The position numbers and the translations under genes were made by a program. A stretch of DNA of 35,952 bases from the NCBI GenBank assembly GCA_002753335.1, contig PEAD01000029.1, positions 1 to 35,952 of the forward strand. Reading direction: 5' to 3'. The stretch comes from Nitrospirae bacterium MYbin3 (GTDB lineage: Bacteria; Nitrospirota; Thermodesulfovibrionia; Thermodesulfovibrionales; Dissulfurispiraceae). Each line of letters begins with the position of its first letter. The first letter of the stretch is position 1. This document shows positions 1 through 9,482 of this stretch, piece after piece. The notes beneath the pieces are model-generated. The model saw only the letters and a program-made list of their open reading frames with translations. It was not told the DNA's origin and ran no database searches.

Positions 1-195
1 TCAAAGTTTTCTATCGGGGTGTCAGGGCTGTTGATTAATGCAGGGAAACTGGGCTCCCCTGTAAAAGAACTTGTAATTTCGGGCAATATAACGGACCTTT
101 TTAAAAATATTTCTTTGGTTGGAGAGGATTTAAGATTTTATGGTAATATAGGCAGCTCAAGCCTTTTAATAGAAAACTTTGATATAAGCGCATAG
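1..195 (+). CDS. pmbA: TldD/PmbA family protein, C-terminal fragment (runs off window start)
   Basis: Manual frame-1 translation: SKFSIGVSGLLINAGKLGSPVKELVISGNITDLFKNISLVGEDLRFYGNIGSSSLLIENFDISA*, TAG at 193-195. Matches the typical PmbA/TldE C-terminal pattern (FSxGxxG...PV.E..I.GN..D.F..I..VG.DL). Not in the ORF track. Confidence 0.85.
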   Translation, partial: SKFSIGVSGLLINAGKLGSPVKELVISGNITDLFKNISLVGEDLRFYGNIGSSSLLIENFDISA

Positions 196-204
196 GAGGA
201 TTTA

Positions 205-1362
205 ATGGACTATTTTCTCACCGAAGAGCAACTGATGATACGCGACCTCGCGAGACAGATAGCGGTAGAAAAGATCGTTCCGGTCAGGGCTGAGTTGGAT
301 GAAAAAAATGAATTCCCGCATGAAACCATGAAAGCCATTGCTCAGGCAGACTTGCTCGGCCTCTTCGTTCCTGAAGAATACGGAGGCCTCGGCAAAGGCG
401 CGCTAGATCTCTGCATCGCAATTGAAGAGCTTTCGTGGGGATGTCTCGGGATTGCTACAACTTATGCAGCAAATGCGCTCGGAACCTACCCTATTTTAAT
501 CAGCGGCTCTGACGAGCAGAAGAAAAAATACCTTCCTGATATAGCCACAGGCAAAAAAATGGTTGCATTCGGGCTTACCGAAGCCAATGTTGGAAGCGAT
601 GCAAGCGGCGTTCAGACGACAGCCAAGCTCGAAGGAAACGAGTATGTTATTAACGGCACCAAACAATGGATAACGAACGGAGAAGTAGCTGACATTTATA
701 CAATTATAGCGATGACCGACAAATCCAGAGGCGCCAGAGGCGCATCCGCCTTTATAGTGGAAAAAGGAACCCCCGGATTTACCTTCGGCAAAAAAGAGAA
801 CAAGATGGGCATACGCGCCTCTATTACAAAGGAGCTTGTTTTTGATAACTGCAGAATACCGAAAGAAAATATTATAGCTAAAGAAGGCATGGGCTTTATT
901 GTTGCAATGAAAACCCTCGACAAAGCAAGAGTTGGAGTGGGTTCTCAAGGGGTAGGAGTTGCACAGGGAGCTTTTGACGAGGCGGTTAAATTCGCACGCG
1001 AAAGACACCAGTTCGGACACCCGATTATAAGTTTTCAGGCGGTCCAGCATATGCTGGCCGACATGGCTATACAGATAGAGGCTGCACGCGCGCTGGTTTA
1101 TGCTGTTGCACGCTTTGTTGACAGCGGCGCCAAGGATGTTTCTAAAGAATCGGCCATGGCCAAAACCTTCGCAACCGATATGTGCATGAAGGTTACTGTA
1201 GATGCACTTCAGGTGATGGGCGGCGCTGGCTACATGAAAGAATATCCTGTAGAAAAGATGATGCGCGATGCAAAAATACTTCAGATATACGAAGGCACCA
1301 ACCAAATACAGAGAAATGTTATCGGTCAGGCATTGATCAAAGAAGCGGCGAAGAAAAAATAG
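205..1362 (+). CDS. Acyl-CoA dehydrogenase (short-chain/butyryl-CoA type)
   Basis: 385 aa; FGLTE..GSD, NGTKQWITNG, KMGIRAS, R.QFG.PI, IYEGTNQIQR (catalytic Glu); AGGAGG RBS upstream. Confidence 0.95.
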   Translation: MDYFLTEEQLMIRDLARQIAVEKIVPVRAELDEKNEFPHETMKAIAQADLLGLFVPEEYGGLGKGALDLCIAIEELSWGCLGIATTYAANALGTYPILISGSDEQKKKYLPDIATGKKMVAFGLTEANVGSDASGVQTTAKLEGNEYVINGTKQWITNGEVADIYTIIAMTDKSRGARGASAFIVEKGTPGFTFGKKENKMGIRASITKELVFDNCRIPKENIIAKEGMGFIVAMKTLDKARVGVGSQGVGVAQGAFDEAVKFARERHQFGHPIISFQAVQHMLADMAIQIEAARALVYAVARFVDSGAKDVSKESAMAKTFATDMCMKVTVDALQVMGGAGYMKEYPVEKMMRDAKILQIYEGTNQIQRNVIGQALIKEAAKKK

Positions 1363-1402
1363 CGATTACCAACTTCCATAGAAACCTAGATTTGGGGGGA
1401 AT

Positions 1403-1804
1403 ATGAGTGAACAAAAGGGTAAAGTGGTGGTTGCCGATGATAATGAGTCTATCAGAGAAATGCTCTCGATGCTGCTCGAAATGGATGGCTATGAAGTGCA
1501 CACTGCAGAGAACGGCGCTGTTGCGATCAAAAAATTCGATTCTGTAGGCAATATAGACCTTGTAGTATCCGATATGAACATGCCTGAGCTCAACGGCCTA
1601 GAATTAATCAGTGAGGTGCGGAAACGGGATGCACACGTTCCTATTGTTATTTTGACAGGCGAGGACGACAGCTACTTGGTTTCGGAGGCGATTTCAAGAG
1701 GAGCAGAGGATTACATCAAGAAGAACGAAAATATTCATGAGATTTTCCTGCCAACAATAAGCAAAATACTTGATCAATACCGGTCGAAGAAAGAAAAAAC
1801 CTGA
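1403..1804 (+). CDS. Single-domain response regulator (REC)
   Basis: VVADDN, phosphoacceptor VSDMNMP, ILTG, DYIKK; no output domain. Confidence 0.92.
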   Translation: MSEQKGKVVVADDNESIREMLSMLLEMDGYEVHTAENGAVAIKKFDSVGNIDLVVSDMNMPELNGLELISEVRKRDAHVPIVILTGEDDSYLVSEAISRGAEDYIKKNENIHEIFLPTISKILDQYRSKKEKT

Positions 1805-1815
1805 TAGCTGAAACT

Positions 1816-3498
1816 ATGAAATCGAAACTATATTTGGCGCTGTTTTTTGCGGTTTGGATAGTTTCAATTTTGATTATTCCCCAATTGGTGTCAGCCGCCG
1901 ATGAGCCTGTTATCGATTTAAAAATAGTACATGGTGATACGCTCGAAAACATTACAAAAAAATACGTTGAGAACTGGAAAAACTGGCTCGAAGTAGCCAA
2001 ATTCAACAAACTTCAGAACCCGCACCTGATTTATCCGAACATGACGCTGAAAATCCCTGTAAGACTTCTGCGCGGCGTACCTATGGACGGAACAGCGAGT
2101 TTTGTCAGCGGCGAGCCGAAAATCCGCAAAAACGACAAGAGCGCATTAGAAACAGTTCGCAAAGGTGATGTGGTAAAACAGGGATGCACTATACAGACTA
2201 ACGGGCAGAGTTCCGTTGAAATTACATTTACTGACAAGAATTCTATATTTCTTAAACCGAACACAATATTGACTATTCAATCTTCCCAAACCAAGGCTGA
2301 CAAATACAGAGTCCACGATTTTTATCTTGCGGCCGGACAGGTTATCAACAAGGTCAAGGCCGCAACAGGAACCGAGTCGCGAGATGTAATCCGGACATCC
2401 TCTGCGGTTGCTGCTGCAAGAGGAACCGAGTTCAGGGTGTCCGCAGATGCAAAAGCGGTTACGCGGATGGAAGTCCTAGAGAGCAAAATAGAAGTGGAGG
2501 CCATGAACAAAAGCATCTTACTGGATCAGGGATTCGGCACTCAGGTAAAAAAAGGCGCGCCCCCGGAGCCTCCGAGAAAACTTTTGCCGTCGCCTGTGCC
2601 GTCAGGACTTAAGGAATTTTACAACGAATTTCCAGTGAACATCGCTTTTGAAAACGTAAAAGAGGCAGCAGCCCTGCGCGTAGTACTTGCCAAAGACCCG
2701 GAAGGCAAAGACGTTGTTGCGGAAAAAGTGATCAGGACAGGAGAACCTTTTGTGGTGGACAATGCGTCTGACGGTGGATACATGCTTCTTGGGCAGAGCG
2801 TAGACCGTTCAGGCATTGAAGGCCCTCCATCAAAGCCATATCCGGTCAAAGTGCGCACAACGCCCTACCCTCCTTCCATTGAGTTTAAGCCGGAGGATAA
2901 AGAAGTTGTCGGCAAAATAGCCCAGTTTAAATGGCTTAAAGTAAATGATGCGGTCAAATATCATGTCCAGATCAGCAAAAGCAAAGACTTTAAATCCCTT
3001 GCAGAAGATAGTGTTTCGGTAAAAGAAAACTTCTATAAAACCGGATCGCTTGAGTACGGAGACTATGTGTTCAGGATAGCCTCTATAGCCAAAGATGGGT
3101 ACCAGGGTGGTTGGTCCCGAGTCATTGAATTCAGGCTTATACCCCCTCCACCTGCGCCAGAAATGGCCCCCCCTAAAACATCAGATAAGACCATCACTAT
3201 AGCTTGGCGGGCCATTGGACCTGATTATAAATATCATTTTCAAATGTCCAAAGACAGCGATTTTAAAGAAAAACTGAAAGACGAAATCCTTGGCAGGCCA
3301 GAAATATCTTTTCCAATTCCTGATGACTCAGGCACCTACTACATCCGAACAAGCAGCATAGACTACAAGGGGCTTGAAGGGCCTTTCGGTTCTGTGCAGA
3401 CCTTCGAAATTCCACGCTCCCCATACTTTTGGATAAGCATTTTTATAATGGTCCTTCTTGTCCTTAGTATCATATACATGCTGAATGAAATAGGCTGA
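1816..3498 (+). CDS. LysM + FecR-like domain + FN3-like repeats, C-terminally membrane-anchored protein
   Basis: Signal peptide; LysM (VHGDTL..I...NKLQNPHLIYP..TLKIP); FecR motif IRTSSAVAAARGTEFRV; three FN3-like units ending SVDRSGIEGPPS, SIAKDGYQGGWS, SIDYKGLEGPFG; C-terminal hydrophobic helix. Confidence 0.85.
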   Translation: MKSKLYLALFFAVWIVSILIIPQLVSAADEPVIDLKIVHGDTLENITKKYVENWKNWLEVAKFNKLQNPHLIYPNMTLKIPVRLLRGVPMDGTASFVSGEPKIRKNDKSALETVRKGDVVKQGCTIQTNGQSSVEITFTDKNSIFLKPNTILTIQSSQTKADKYRVHDFYLAAGQVINKVKAATGTESRDVIRTSSAVAAARGTEFRVSADAKAVTRMEVLESKIEVEAMNKSILLDQGFGTQVKKGAPPEPPRKLLPSPVPSGLKEFYNEFPVNIAFENVKEAAALRVVLAKDPEGKDVVAEKVIRTGEPFVVDNASDGGYMLLGQSVDRSGIEGPPSKPYPVKVRTTPYPPSIEFKPEDKEVVGKIAQFKWLKVNDAVKYHVQISKSKDFKSLAEDSVSVKENFYKTGSLEYGDYVFRIASIAKDGYQGGWSRVIEFRLIPPPPAPEMAPPKTSDKTITIAWRAIGPDYKYHFQMSKDSDFKEKLKDEILGRPEISFPIPDDSGTYYIRTSSIDYKGLEGPFGSVQTFEIPRSPYFWISIFIMVLLVLSIIYMLNEIG

Positions 3499-3505
3499 CC
3501 TAAGC

Positions 3506-5875
3506 ATGGCGGAAACTGGCAAGTCTGTGAGGATTCCGGGCATATCTCTTGTTTTGGTCATCTTATGTCTTGCCGGGCTTTTCTTTTTTGAATTCCTTGG
3601 GTTCTTCGAGGGAATCAACAATTATTGTTACGATCTATTCTTTCGCATAAGAGGGCAGGAATCCTCCGACTCAAGAATATTGATTGCCGGCATCGATGAA
3701 AAGTCCCTGAGCAAGCTTGGCCGCTGGCCTTTTCCGAGAGTTCACTATGCGACATTCCTTGACCGCATCGCCGGGGCCAAAATCGTCTCTTTCGATATCG
3801 TGATGCCTGAACCCTCTCCTGACGACAAGCGTCTTGCGGCCGCAGCAAAGAAAATGAAGAATGTGATCTTCCCTGTCTATTTTGATTCGGAGCTGACAGT
3901 CCACTATCCTGTGGCGCCTCTGCCTTCGTCTCCGGTTGGGCATGTCCATGTAGATGCGGATACGGACGGTATTGTCAGGACCATTTACCACACTATGTAC
4001 TCAGAAGGCAAAGCCATTCCATCATTGTCCTCTCTGACCTACGAACTGGCTACAGGGAAATCCTTACAGCGCATACATCCAGCCGCAGACATAAATGAAA
4101 TCAAGAGCATAAAACAAGCCGACCTAATGCGCATAAACTATATCGGCGGCTCAGGAATTTTCGAAAATATCTCGTTTTCGGACATAGTCGAAGGATTGTA
4201 TCCTCCCTCCTACTTTGCGGACAAAATTGTTCTTGTGGGAATCACCGGAGAAGGGCTGGGAGATAAAGCGCTGACACCCTTTTCCCAATCCAGGCGGACA
4301 ACTACAGGCATTGAGGTCCATGCGAACAGTCTCCAAACGCTTCTGTCCAACAACCCCATAGTCGTAGTACCGGTGTATATCCGCTGCTTAAGCCTAATAA
4401 TATTTTCTGTTCTGCTCTTTATATTTTTTTTGAATCTCTCGGAGCGCGGAATTGTTTTGGCGATGGCTTCCGTTCTCCTAGTTACGGCCTTGGCCGATTA
4501 TCTGCTTTTTGCATATGCCAGGCTCTGGCTTCCTGCCTCAATATTCTATGCGGCTGCGGTTTTGGTGCTGGTGCTTGCTTATCTGTCAAAGTTCGATGAG
4601 GCGCTGCGCCTTCTGGACAGGACATATGCGACTATACTCCCTCGCCTTAGGTGGAAGGACCCCTTCATAACGGACCAGAAGGTCTCCGGCCTTCTCGGCC
4701 TCTTCAACACCGAAGGGGTGCGCGCAAAGATACAGTTGCTCAACAGCTTTGCCAATCAGCTGAGTTTTGAAAAAGATCTGTCCGATAAAGCTCTGTTGAA
4801 CGATATACACGGAGTTTTACTGTTCGATCCCTCTGGCAATAAACTTCTTGCCAACGAGCCTGCGATGCGCATATTTGCGGAAAATTCGATTGAGAGCGAC
4901 TCAGTAGAAGTTTTAGTTGATAATCTGACGCCAATTATGATGCTTGAGACAGAAGTTTCGGAAGCGGTCAAGGCAAATCGCTTGTTCTTTGGTACAGAAG
5001 GCATCGTCAGAGCAACAGTATCATTTCCGGGACCGCCGGTGGGGCATTTTAATCTGGATATTTCTATTCTAAGGTTGAACGGGGAAGACTATACCCTATT
5101 CCTATTCTCGGACGTCACAAAAATTGTTGAGGCAAGAAATGAAATTGAAGAGAAAAACAAAGAACTGAAAGAGCTGAATCAGCTGAAAAACAAGTTCCTC
5201 GGCATAGCAGCCCATGATCTCAGGAATCCCCTCTCATCCATAAAGGGGTTCAGCGATATGCTGCTCAGCGGCATGCCGGGGCCGTTGACCGACAGGCAGA
5301 AGCACATTTCTACAACGATCAGCAATGCCAGCAAAGGCATGCTCACTCTGTTGAACGACCTGCTGGACATATCCGCAATCGAGAGCGGCAAGATAGATTT
5401 AAAACTTAAGGCTGGCTCTGTGAAAAAGCTGCTGGAAGACAGATTGACAATAAACCGGATGGTAGCGGAAAAGAAAGAGATTAAGCTGCATGAGTCCCTT
5501 GCGGATTTGCCAGACACCATGTTCGATTACGACCGCATGGTACAGGTGGTGGACAACCTGATAAGCAATGCGGTTAAATTTTCCCCTCCAGGTTCCAATG
5601 TTTATATCACATTAGCGGATGAAGGCGGCATGGCAATGGTGAGCGTTAAGGATGAAGGGCCGGGCTTATCAGAGGAAGACAAGGGAAAACTGTTCGGCGA
5701 ATTTCAAAAGCTCAGCGCAAGACCGACAGGAGGAGAAAAGAGCACAGGCCTCGGGTTGTCGATAGTTAAAAAAATAATAGAAGCACATAAGGGCACTATA
5801 TATGTTGAAAGCGCTCCGGGCTCTGGAGCTGCCTTTATTTTTAAAATACCTATCACAGAAGCTGCGTTGCCATAA
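3506..5875 (+). CDS. CHASE2-domain sensor histidine kinase
   Basis: CHASE2 motifs IDEKSL..LGRWPFPR, DTDGIVR, GIEVHAN followed by three TM helices; H-box AAHDLRNPL, N-box NLISNAVKF, DEGPG, GLGL. Confidence 0.93.
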   Translation: MAETGKSVRIPGISLVLVILCLAGLFFFEFLGFFEGINNYCYDLFFRIRGQESSDSRILIAGIDEKSLSKLGRWPFPRVHYATFLDRIAGAKIVSFDIVMPEPSPDDKRLAAAAKKMKNVIFPVYFDSELTVHYPVAPLPSSPVGHVHVDADTDGIVRTIYHTMYSEGKAIPSLSSLTYELATGKSLQRIHPAADINEIKSIKQADLMRINYIGGSGIFENISFSDIVEGLYPPSYFADKIVLVGITGEGLGDKALTPFSQSRRTTTGIEVHANSLQTLLSNNPIVVVPVYIRCLSLIIFSVLLFIFFLNLSERGIVLAMASVLLVTALADYLLFAYARLWLPASIFYAAAVLVLVLAYLSKFDEALRLLDRTYATILPRLRWKDPFITDQKVSGLLGLFNTEGVRAKIQLLNSFANQLSFEKDLSDKALLNDIHGVLLFDPSGNKLLANEPAMRIFAENSIESDSVEVLVDNLTPIMMLETEVSEAVKANRLFFGTEGIVRATVSFPGPPVGHFNLDISILRLNGEDYTLFLFSDVTKIVEARNEIEEKNKELKELNQLKNKFLGIAAHDLRNPLSSIKGFSDMLLSGMPGPLTDRQKHISTTISNASKGMLTLLNDLLDISAIESGKIDLKLKAGSVKKLLEDRLTINRMVAEKKEIKLHESLADLPDTMFDYDRMVQVVDNLISNAVKFSPPGSNVYITLADEGGMAMVSVKDEGPGLSEEDKGKLFGEFQKLSARPTGGEKSTGLGLSIVKKIIEAHKGTIYVESAPGSGAAFIFKIPITEAALP

Positions 5876-5883
5876 TATCTAAC

Positions 5884-6030
5884 ATGTCGAGCCTGTATCT
5901 GCTAATAGCAATTTCCTTGCTGCTTGGCGTTGTGTGTTGGCTGCTTTTTATCTGGGCTGCCAAGAAAGGCCAATATGACGATGTCGAAGGGCCAAAGTAT
6001 AGAATGCTTGATGATGACGACGAAAAATAA
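5884..6030 (+). CDS. ccoS: cbb3-type cytochrome oxidase assembly protein CcoS/FixS
   Basis: Manual translation, 48 aa: MSSLYLLIAISLLLGVVCWLLFIWAAKKGQYDDVEGPKYRMLDDDDEK*. One TM helix plus the family motif W...GQ(Y/F)DD.EGP..R.L.DD. Below the ORF track cut-off. Confidence 0.9.
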   Translation: MSSLYLLIAISLLLGVVCWLLFIWAAKKGQYDDVEGPKYRMLDDDDEK

Positions 6031-6478
6031 CTTAAAAGTCTTTTTGACAAAAGCGGTAGCCTCAGTTTTTTTTATCGGCCATATCCCATTTGCTCCCGGC
6101 ACTTTCGGAACGCTTGCGGCTGTTGCGTTTGTATGGATTGTTAAGCCTGATTCGTCTGCATTGATTATTATCTCTGCGGTTCTGTTTTTAGCCGGCACCG
6201 CAAGCGCCCACTACGCCGAAACTTGCTATAACAGGCGCGACAGCGGAAATATAGTAATTGATGAATTTGCAGGCTATCTTGTTTCGATTATGTTTCTGCC
6301 GCTTACCACAGGCTATATAATTGCGGCATTTTTTATATTCAGGTTTTTTGATATTGTAAAGCCGTCACCGATAAGGAATGTTGAACAGAAACTGCACGGG
6401 GGATTAGGTGTGATGACCGACGACCTGCTTGCAGGAATCGCTACTAATATAGTCTTGCAGATATGGAGAGTAATCTAG
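6011..6478 (+). CDS. pgpA: Phosphatidylglycerophosphatase A
   Basis: G..PFAPGTFGT, D...IVIDEFAG, FRFFDIVKP.PI, GG.GVM.DDLLAG. Start moved from 5924 to ATG 6011 (or 6014) because the upstream part overlaps ccoS. Confidence 0.93.
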   Translation: MMTTKNNLKVFLTKAVASVFFIGHIPFAPGTFGTLAAVAFVWIVKPDSSALIIISAVLFLAGTASAHYAETCYNRRDSGNIVIDEFAGYLVSIMFLPLTTGYIIAAFFIFRFFDIVKPSPIRNVEQKLHGGLGVMTDDLLAGIATNIVLQIWRVI

Positions 6479-6481
6479 TAG

Positions 6482-7039
6482 ATGAGATGCTTTATTGCGA
6501 TAAAAATCCCATCTTCAATAAAAGAGTCTATCGCAAAGCTTATTAATGCAATAACCACTAACGCTTCGGGCATCAAATTTGTGCCTTCAGAAAACATTCA
6601 CATCACTATGAAGTTTTTGGGCGAAGTCGATGAAAAAAAAGCGCAGGATGTTATTGCATCTCTAAAAGTTTTGTCCGCATCGCATTCCCCCTTCCCTCTC
6701 TAAATTAAGGGCACAGGCGTATTCCTGGACCCTAAACGCCCTAATGTGCTTTGGATCGGCGTTTCTGAATTAGCTAATCTTCAAGAATTACACAAATATA
6801 TAGAATCTTCTCTAGTCATGCTCGGATTCGAAAAAGAGGCCCGTAAATTCTCCCCTCACCTTACGCTAGGAAGAGTGAAAGACCAACGCAGCGCAGGTTC
6901 GGCAGTTAGGCAACTCTTGAAGCACAGCAGCGAAACATTCGGAAGCTTTGATGTCAAAGAGGTCTGTTTAATGCAAAGCGTCCTTAAACCTTCGGGTGCC
7001 GAATACTCTACAATAGAAACTTTCGGATTGGAAAAATGA
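6482..7039 (+). pseudogene. thpR: RNA 2',3'-cyclic phosphodiesterase (2H phosphoesterase, ThpR/LigT) interrupted by an in-frame TAA at 6701-6703
   Basis: ORFs 6482-6703 and 6746-7039 share one frame. Read-through gives MRCFIAI...HITMKFLG...PFPL*IKGTGVFLDPKRPNVLWIG...FSPHLTLGR...L..S.LKPSGAEY, with one HxT motif on each side of the stop. Confidence 0.85.
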
Positions 7040-8598
7040 TAAGGTTTTGTATTTTTCTTGCATCTTTATTTCTTTTAAGCTGCGGTTCGTCTTCCAGAAT
7101 TGATGGCTTCGTATATTACCGCATAAACGCCAATCCCACAACCCTTGACCCTGCCCTGATTGTTGATGTAACCGGCGCATCAATAGCAGCAAAACTTTTC
7201 AACGGATTGGTCAAGCTAGATGAAAATTTAAATATTGTCCCCGACATTGCCGAACGCTGGCAAATTTCAAATGATGGACTGAGGTACACTTTTTTTCTGA
7301 GAAAAGACGTGCGCTTCAAAAACGGCCGCATAGCCAACGCCCATGATTTTAAATTCTCTTACGAGCGGGTACTGCATCCGGATTCAAAGTCACCGGTCAC
7401 ATGGGTATTTGATAAGGTTTATGGTGCCGCAGAGTTCAGGAATGACAGAGTAAAAGAGGTTGCTGGCTTTAGGGTTATTGATGAACACACTTTTGAAATA
7501 AGGCTAAACTCTGTGTTTTCTCCGTTTCTAAATATTCTTACTACCACGACAGCCTATGTGGTGCCTAAAGAAGAGGTCAGCCGTTGGGGGCCTGACTTTT
7601 CGAGCAACCCTTCAGGCACAGGGCCATTTTATCTAAAAGAATGGAAGCAGAACGCTGAGGTTAAGTTAGTAAAAAATCCGAACTATTTTGAAGATACGGC
7701 AAAGATAAACGGCATAGTTTATAAGATTATTCCTGAAGACCTCACCGCGATTACCGATTTTGAGCTCGGTAATCTTGATGTCATATCGCTTCCTGCTTCG
7801 GCATATTCTAAATTCAGGGACGATGCAAAATGGGAAAAAGAAATTCTGACGATGAATGCGCCCAATACATATTACCTAGGACTCAACTGCTCAAAGCCGC
7901 CTTTTGACAACGCAGCCTTGAGGCGCGCCGTGGGATTAGCCGTTGACAGAAAAAAGATTCTCGAGACTTTTTATGAGAAACGCGGCAGGCTTGCGCTTGG
8001 GCCTGTCGCTGACATAATAAGGGCTTGGACAGTTGCCCCTGACGCTAATGACTTTTCATACAAACCGGAAGAAGCATCAAAGATAGTCAAAAAACTTTAT
8101 CCGCAAGGTCTGTCTGCAAAAATGTATATTACTGCCGATCAGGATGTTGTTGACTTGGCCGAAATAATTCAGTCGTATCTCGAAAAGAGCGGCATCAAGG
8201 TGACCATAAAACAGCTTGAATGGAGCGCCTATAAGCAGGCCATAAACTCAGGCGAGCCTGATATATTCTGGTTGAGCTGGTGGGCCGACTATCCTGACCC
8301 CGAAAATTTCTTGTTCCCGCTTTTCCATTCCGCAAATTTAGGCCCGGCAGGCAACAGAACGAGGTATGTAAACAAAAGCGTTGACAGCTTGATCGAGAAA
8401 GGGCAGAAAGCTGTAAATGTTCAGCAGCGCAATGCCTTTTACAAACAGGCTGAAGATATTATAATTTCTGAAGCGCCTTGGATACCGTTCTGGCACAAAA
8501 CAGATTTTCTCATAAAACAGCCACATATAAAGAATTACAAAGCATACCCAATCCACACTATGGATAAGGGGCTTGGAATAACAATCGAAACACGCTGA
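7036..8598 (+). CDS. ABC transporter substrate-binding lipoprotein, family 5 (peptide/nickel, OppA/DppA-like)
   Basis: Lipobox LLSC; TLDP, PDIAE.W.IS.DG..YTF.LR..V.F.NG, GTGPF, WWADYPDP. Confidence 0.92.
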   Translation: MIRFCIFLASLFLLSCGSSSRIDGFVYYRINANPTTLDPALIVDVTGASIAAKLFNGLVKLDENLNIVPDIAERWQISNDGLRYTFFLRKDVRFKNGRIANAHDFKFSYERVLHPDSKSPVTWVFDKVYGAAEFRNDRVKEVAGFRVIDEHTFEIRLNSVFSPFLNILTTTTAYVVPKEEVSRWGPDFSSNPSGTGPFYLKEWKQNAEVKLVKNPNYFEDTAKINGIVYKIIPEDLTAITDFELGNLDVISLPASAYSKFRDDAKWEKEILTMNAPNTYYLGLNCSKPPFDNAALRRAVGLAVDRKKILETFYEKRGRLALGPVADIIRAWTVAPDANDFSYKPEEASKIVKKLYPQGLSAKMYITADQDVVDLAEIIQSYLEKSGIKVTIKQLEWSAYKQAINSGEPDIFWLSWWADYPDPENFLFPLFHSANLGPAGNRTRYVNKSVDSLIEKGQKAVNVQQRNAFYKQAEDIIISEAPWIPFWHKTDFLIKQPHIKNYKAYPIHTMDKGLGITIETR

Positions 8599-8600
8599 AA

Positions 8601-8630
8601 TTGACAGCTTTTCTTCACCTTTCATATACT
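8601..8630 (+). promoter_or_regulatory. Sigma70-type promoter for the lsrF-like operon
   Basis: TTGACA (8601-8606), 18 nt spacer, TATACT (8625-8630); AGGAGG at 8652-8657 before ATG 8666. Confidence 0.7.
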
Positions 8631-8665
8631 ACCAGGATAATAATTTGTCATAGGAGGCTTTTAAT

Positions 8666-9481
8666 ATGGATTTTGGAATGAAAAACAGAATGTCTAAGAT
8701 ATTCAACCCGAAGGATGGAAAGACTGTTATGTTGGCGGTTGACCACGGATATTTTCAGGGACCGACAACAGGTCTCAGGGACATGAAAAATATAATCCCA
8801 CTTATACCGCAGGCTGACTGTCTTTTTGTAACCAGAGGAATATTAAGAAACTGCATAGACCCGAAGATAGAAACGTCGGTATGTCTGAGGGTTTCGGGCG
8901 GGCCGAGCATACTAGGCGAGCTCTCGAATGAAGATATAACCACCTCAATGGAGGAAGCGCTAAGACTCAATGCTTCTGGTGTAGGAATGTCCATGTATGT
9001 CGGCGCAAAAAATGAGGACAGGACAATAACCAACCTCGGAAGGCTTATTAACGAAGCCGAAAGATTCGGCATGCCGGTTCTTGCTATTACGGCCGTTGGC
9101 AAAGAAATGGTCAGGGACGCAAGATATATAGGCCTTGCCTGCAGGATAGCGGCCGAGTTCGGCGCACATATAGTCAAGACTTACTACTGCGACGGTTTTG
9201 AGGATGTTGTCGCTGGATGTCCTGTCCCGATAGTGATTGCCGGCGGCAAGAAGCTGCCCGAGATGGATGCGCTTAAGATGACCGAAAACGCTATAAGAGC
9301 CGGGGCATCGGGCGTTGACATGGGACGGAACATCTTTCAGAGCGACAGTCCTATAGGGATGATAAAGGCTGTAAAGGCGATTGTCCACAAGGGAGCAACC
9401 GCTGAAGAAGGATATGAGATTTATCAGAAAAACAAAAAGTCTGCGATAAGTGGAATAGACCCCAATATGGAGAAGGTATAA
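8666..9481 (+). CDS. lsrF: LsrF-like thiolase / class I aldolase (DeoC/LacD-DhnA family)
   Basis: MLAVDHGYFQGPTTGL closely matches the LsrF N-terminal signature; Schiff-base Lys in VKTYY; IAGGKK; GVDMGRNIFQS. Confidence 0.85.
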   Translation: MDFGMKNRMSKIFNPKDGKTVMLAVDHGYFQGPTTGLRDMKNIIPLIPQADCLFVTRGILRNCIDPKIETSVCLRVSGGPSILGELSNEDITTSMEEALRLNASGVGMSMYVGAKNEDRTITNLGRLINEAERFGMPVLAITAVGKEMVRDARYIGLACRIAAEFGAHIVKTYYCDGFEDVVAGCPVPIVIAGGKKLPEMDALKMTENAIRAGASGVDMGRNIFQSDSPIGMIKAVKAIVHKGATAEEGYEIYQKNKKSAISGIDPNMEKV

Positions 9482-9482
9482 C

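Noticed and set aside
5924..6010. N-terminal extension of the pgpA ORF
   Set aside because: It overlaps ccoS in another frame; PgpA similarity starts only after about 6011.
6701..6703. Stop-codon recoding (Sec, Pyl or alternative genetic code) in thpR
   Set aside because: The codon is TAA, not TGA or TAG, and TAA terminates many intact genes in this window.
8666..9481. Aldolase as archaeal-type ADH synthase of the alternative shikimate entry
   Set aside because: The DHGYFQGPTTGL signature points to the LsrF clade, no type II DHQ synthase gene is adjacent, and a canonical DAHP synthase is present.
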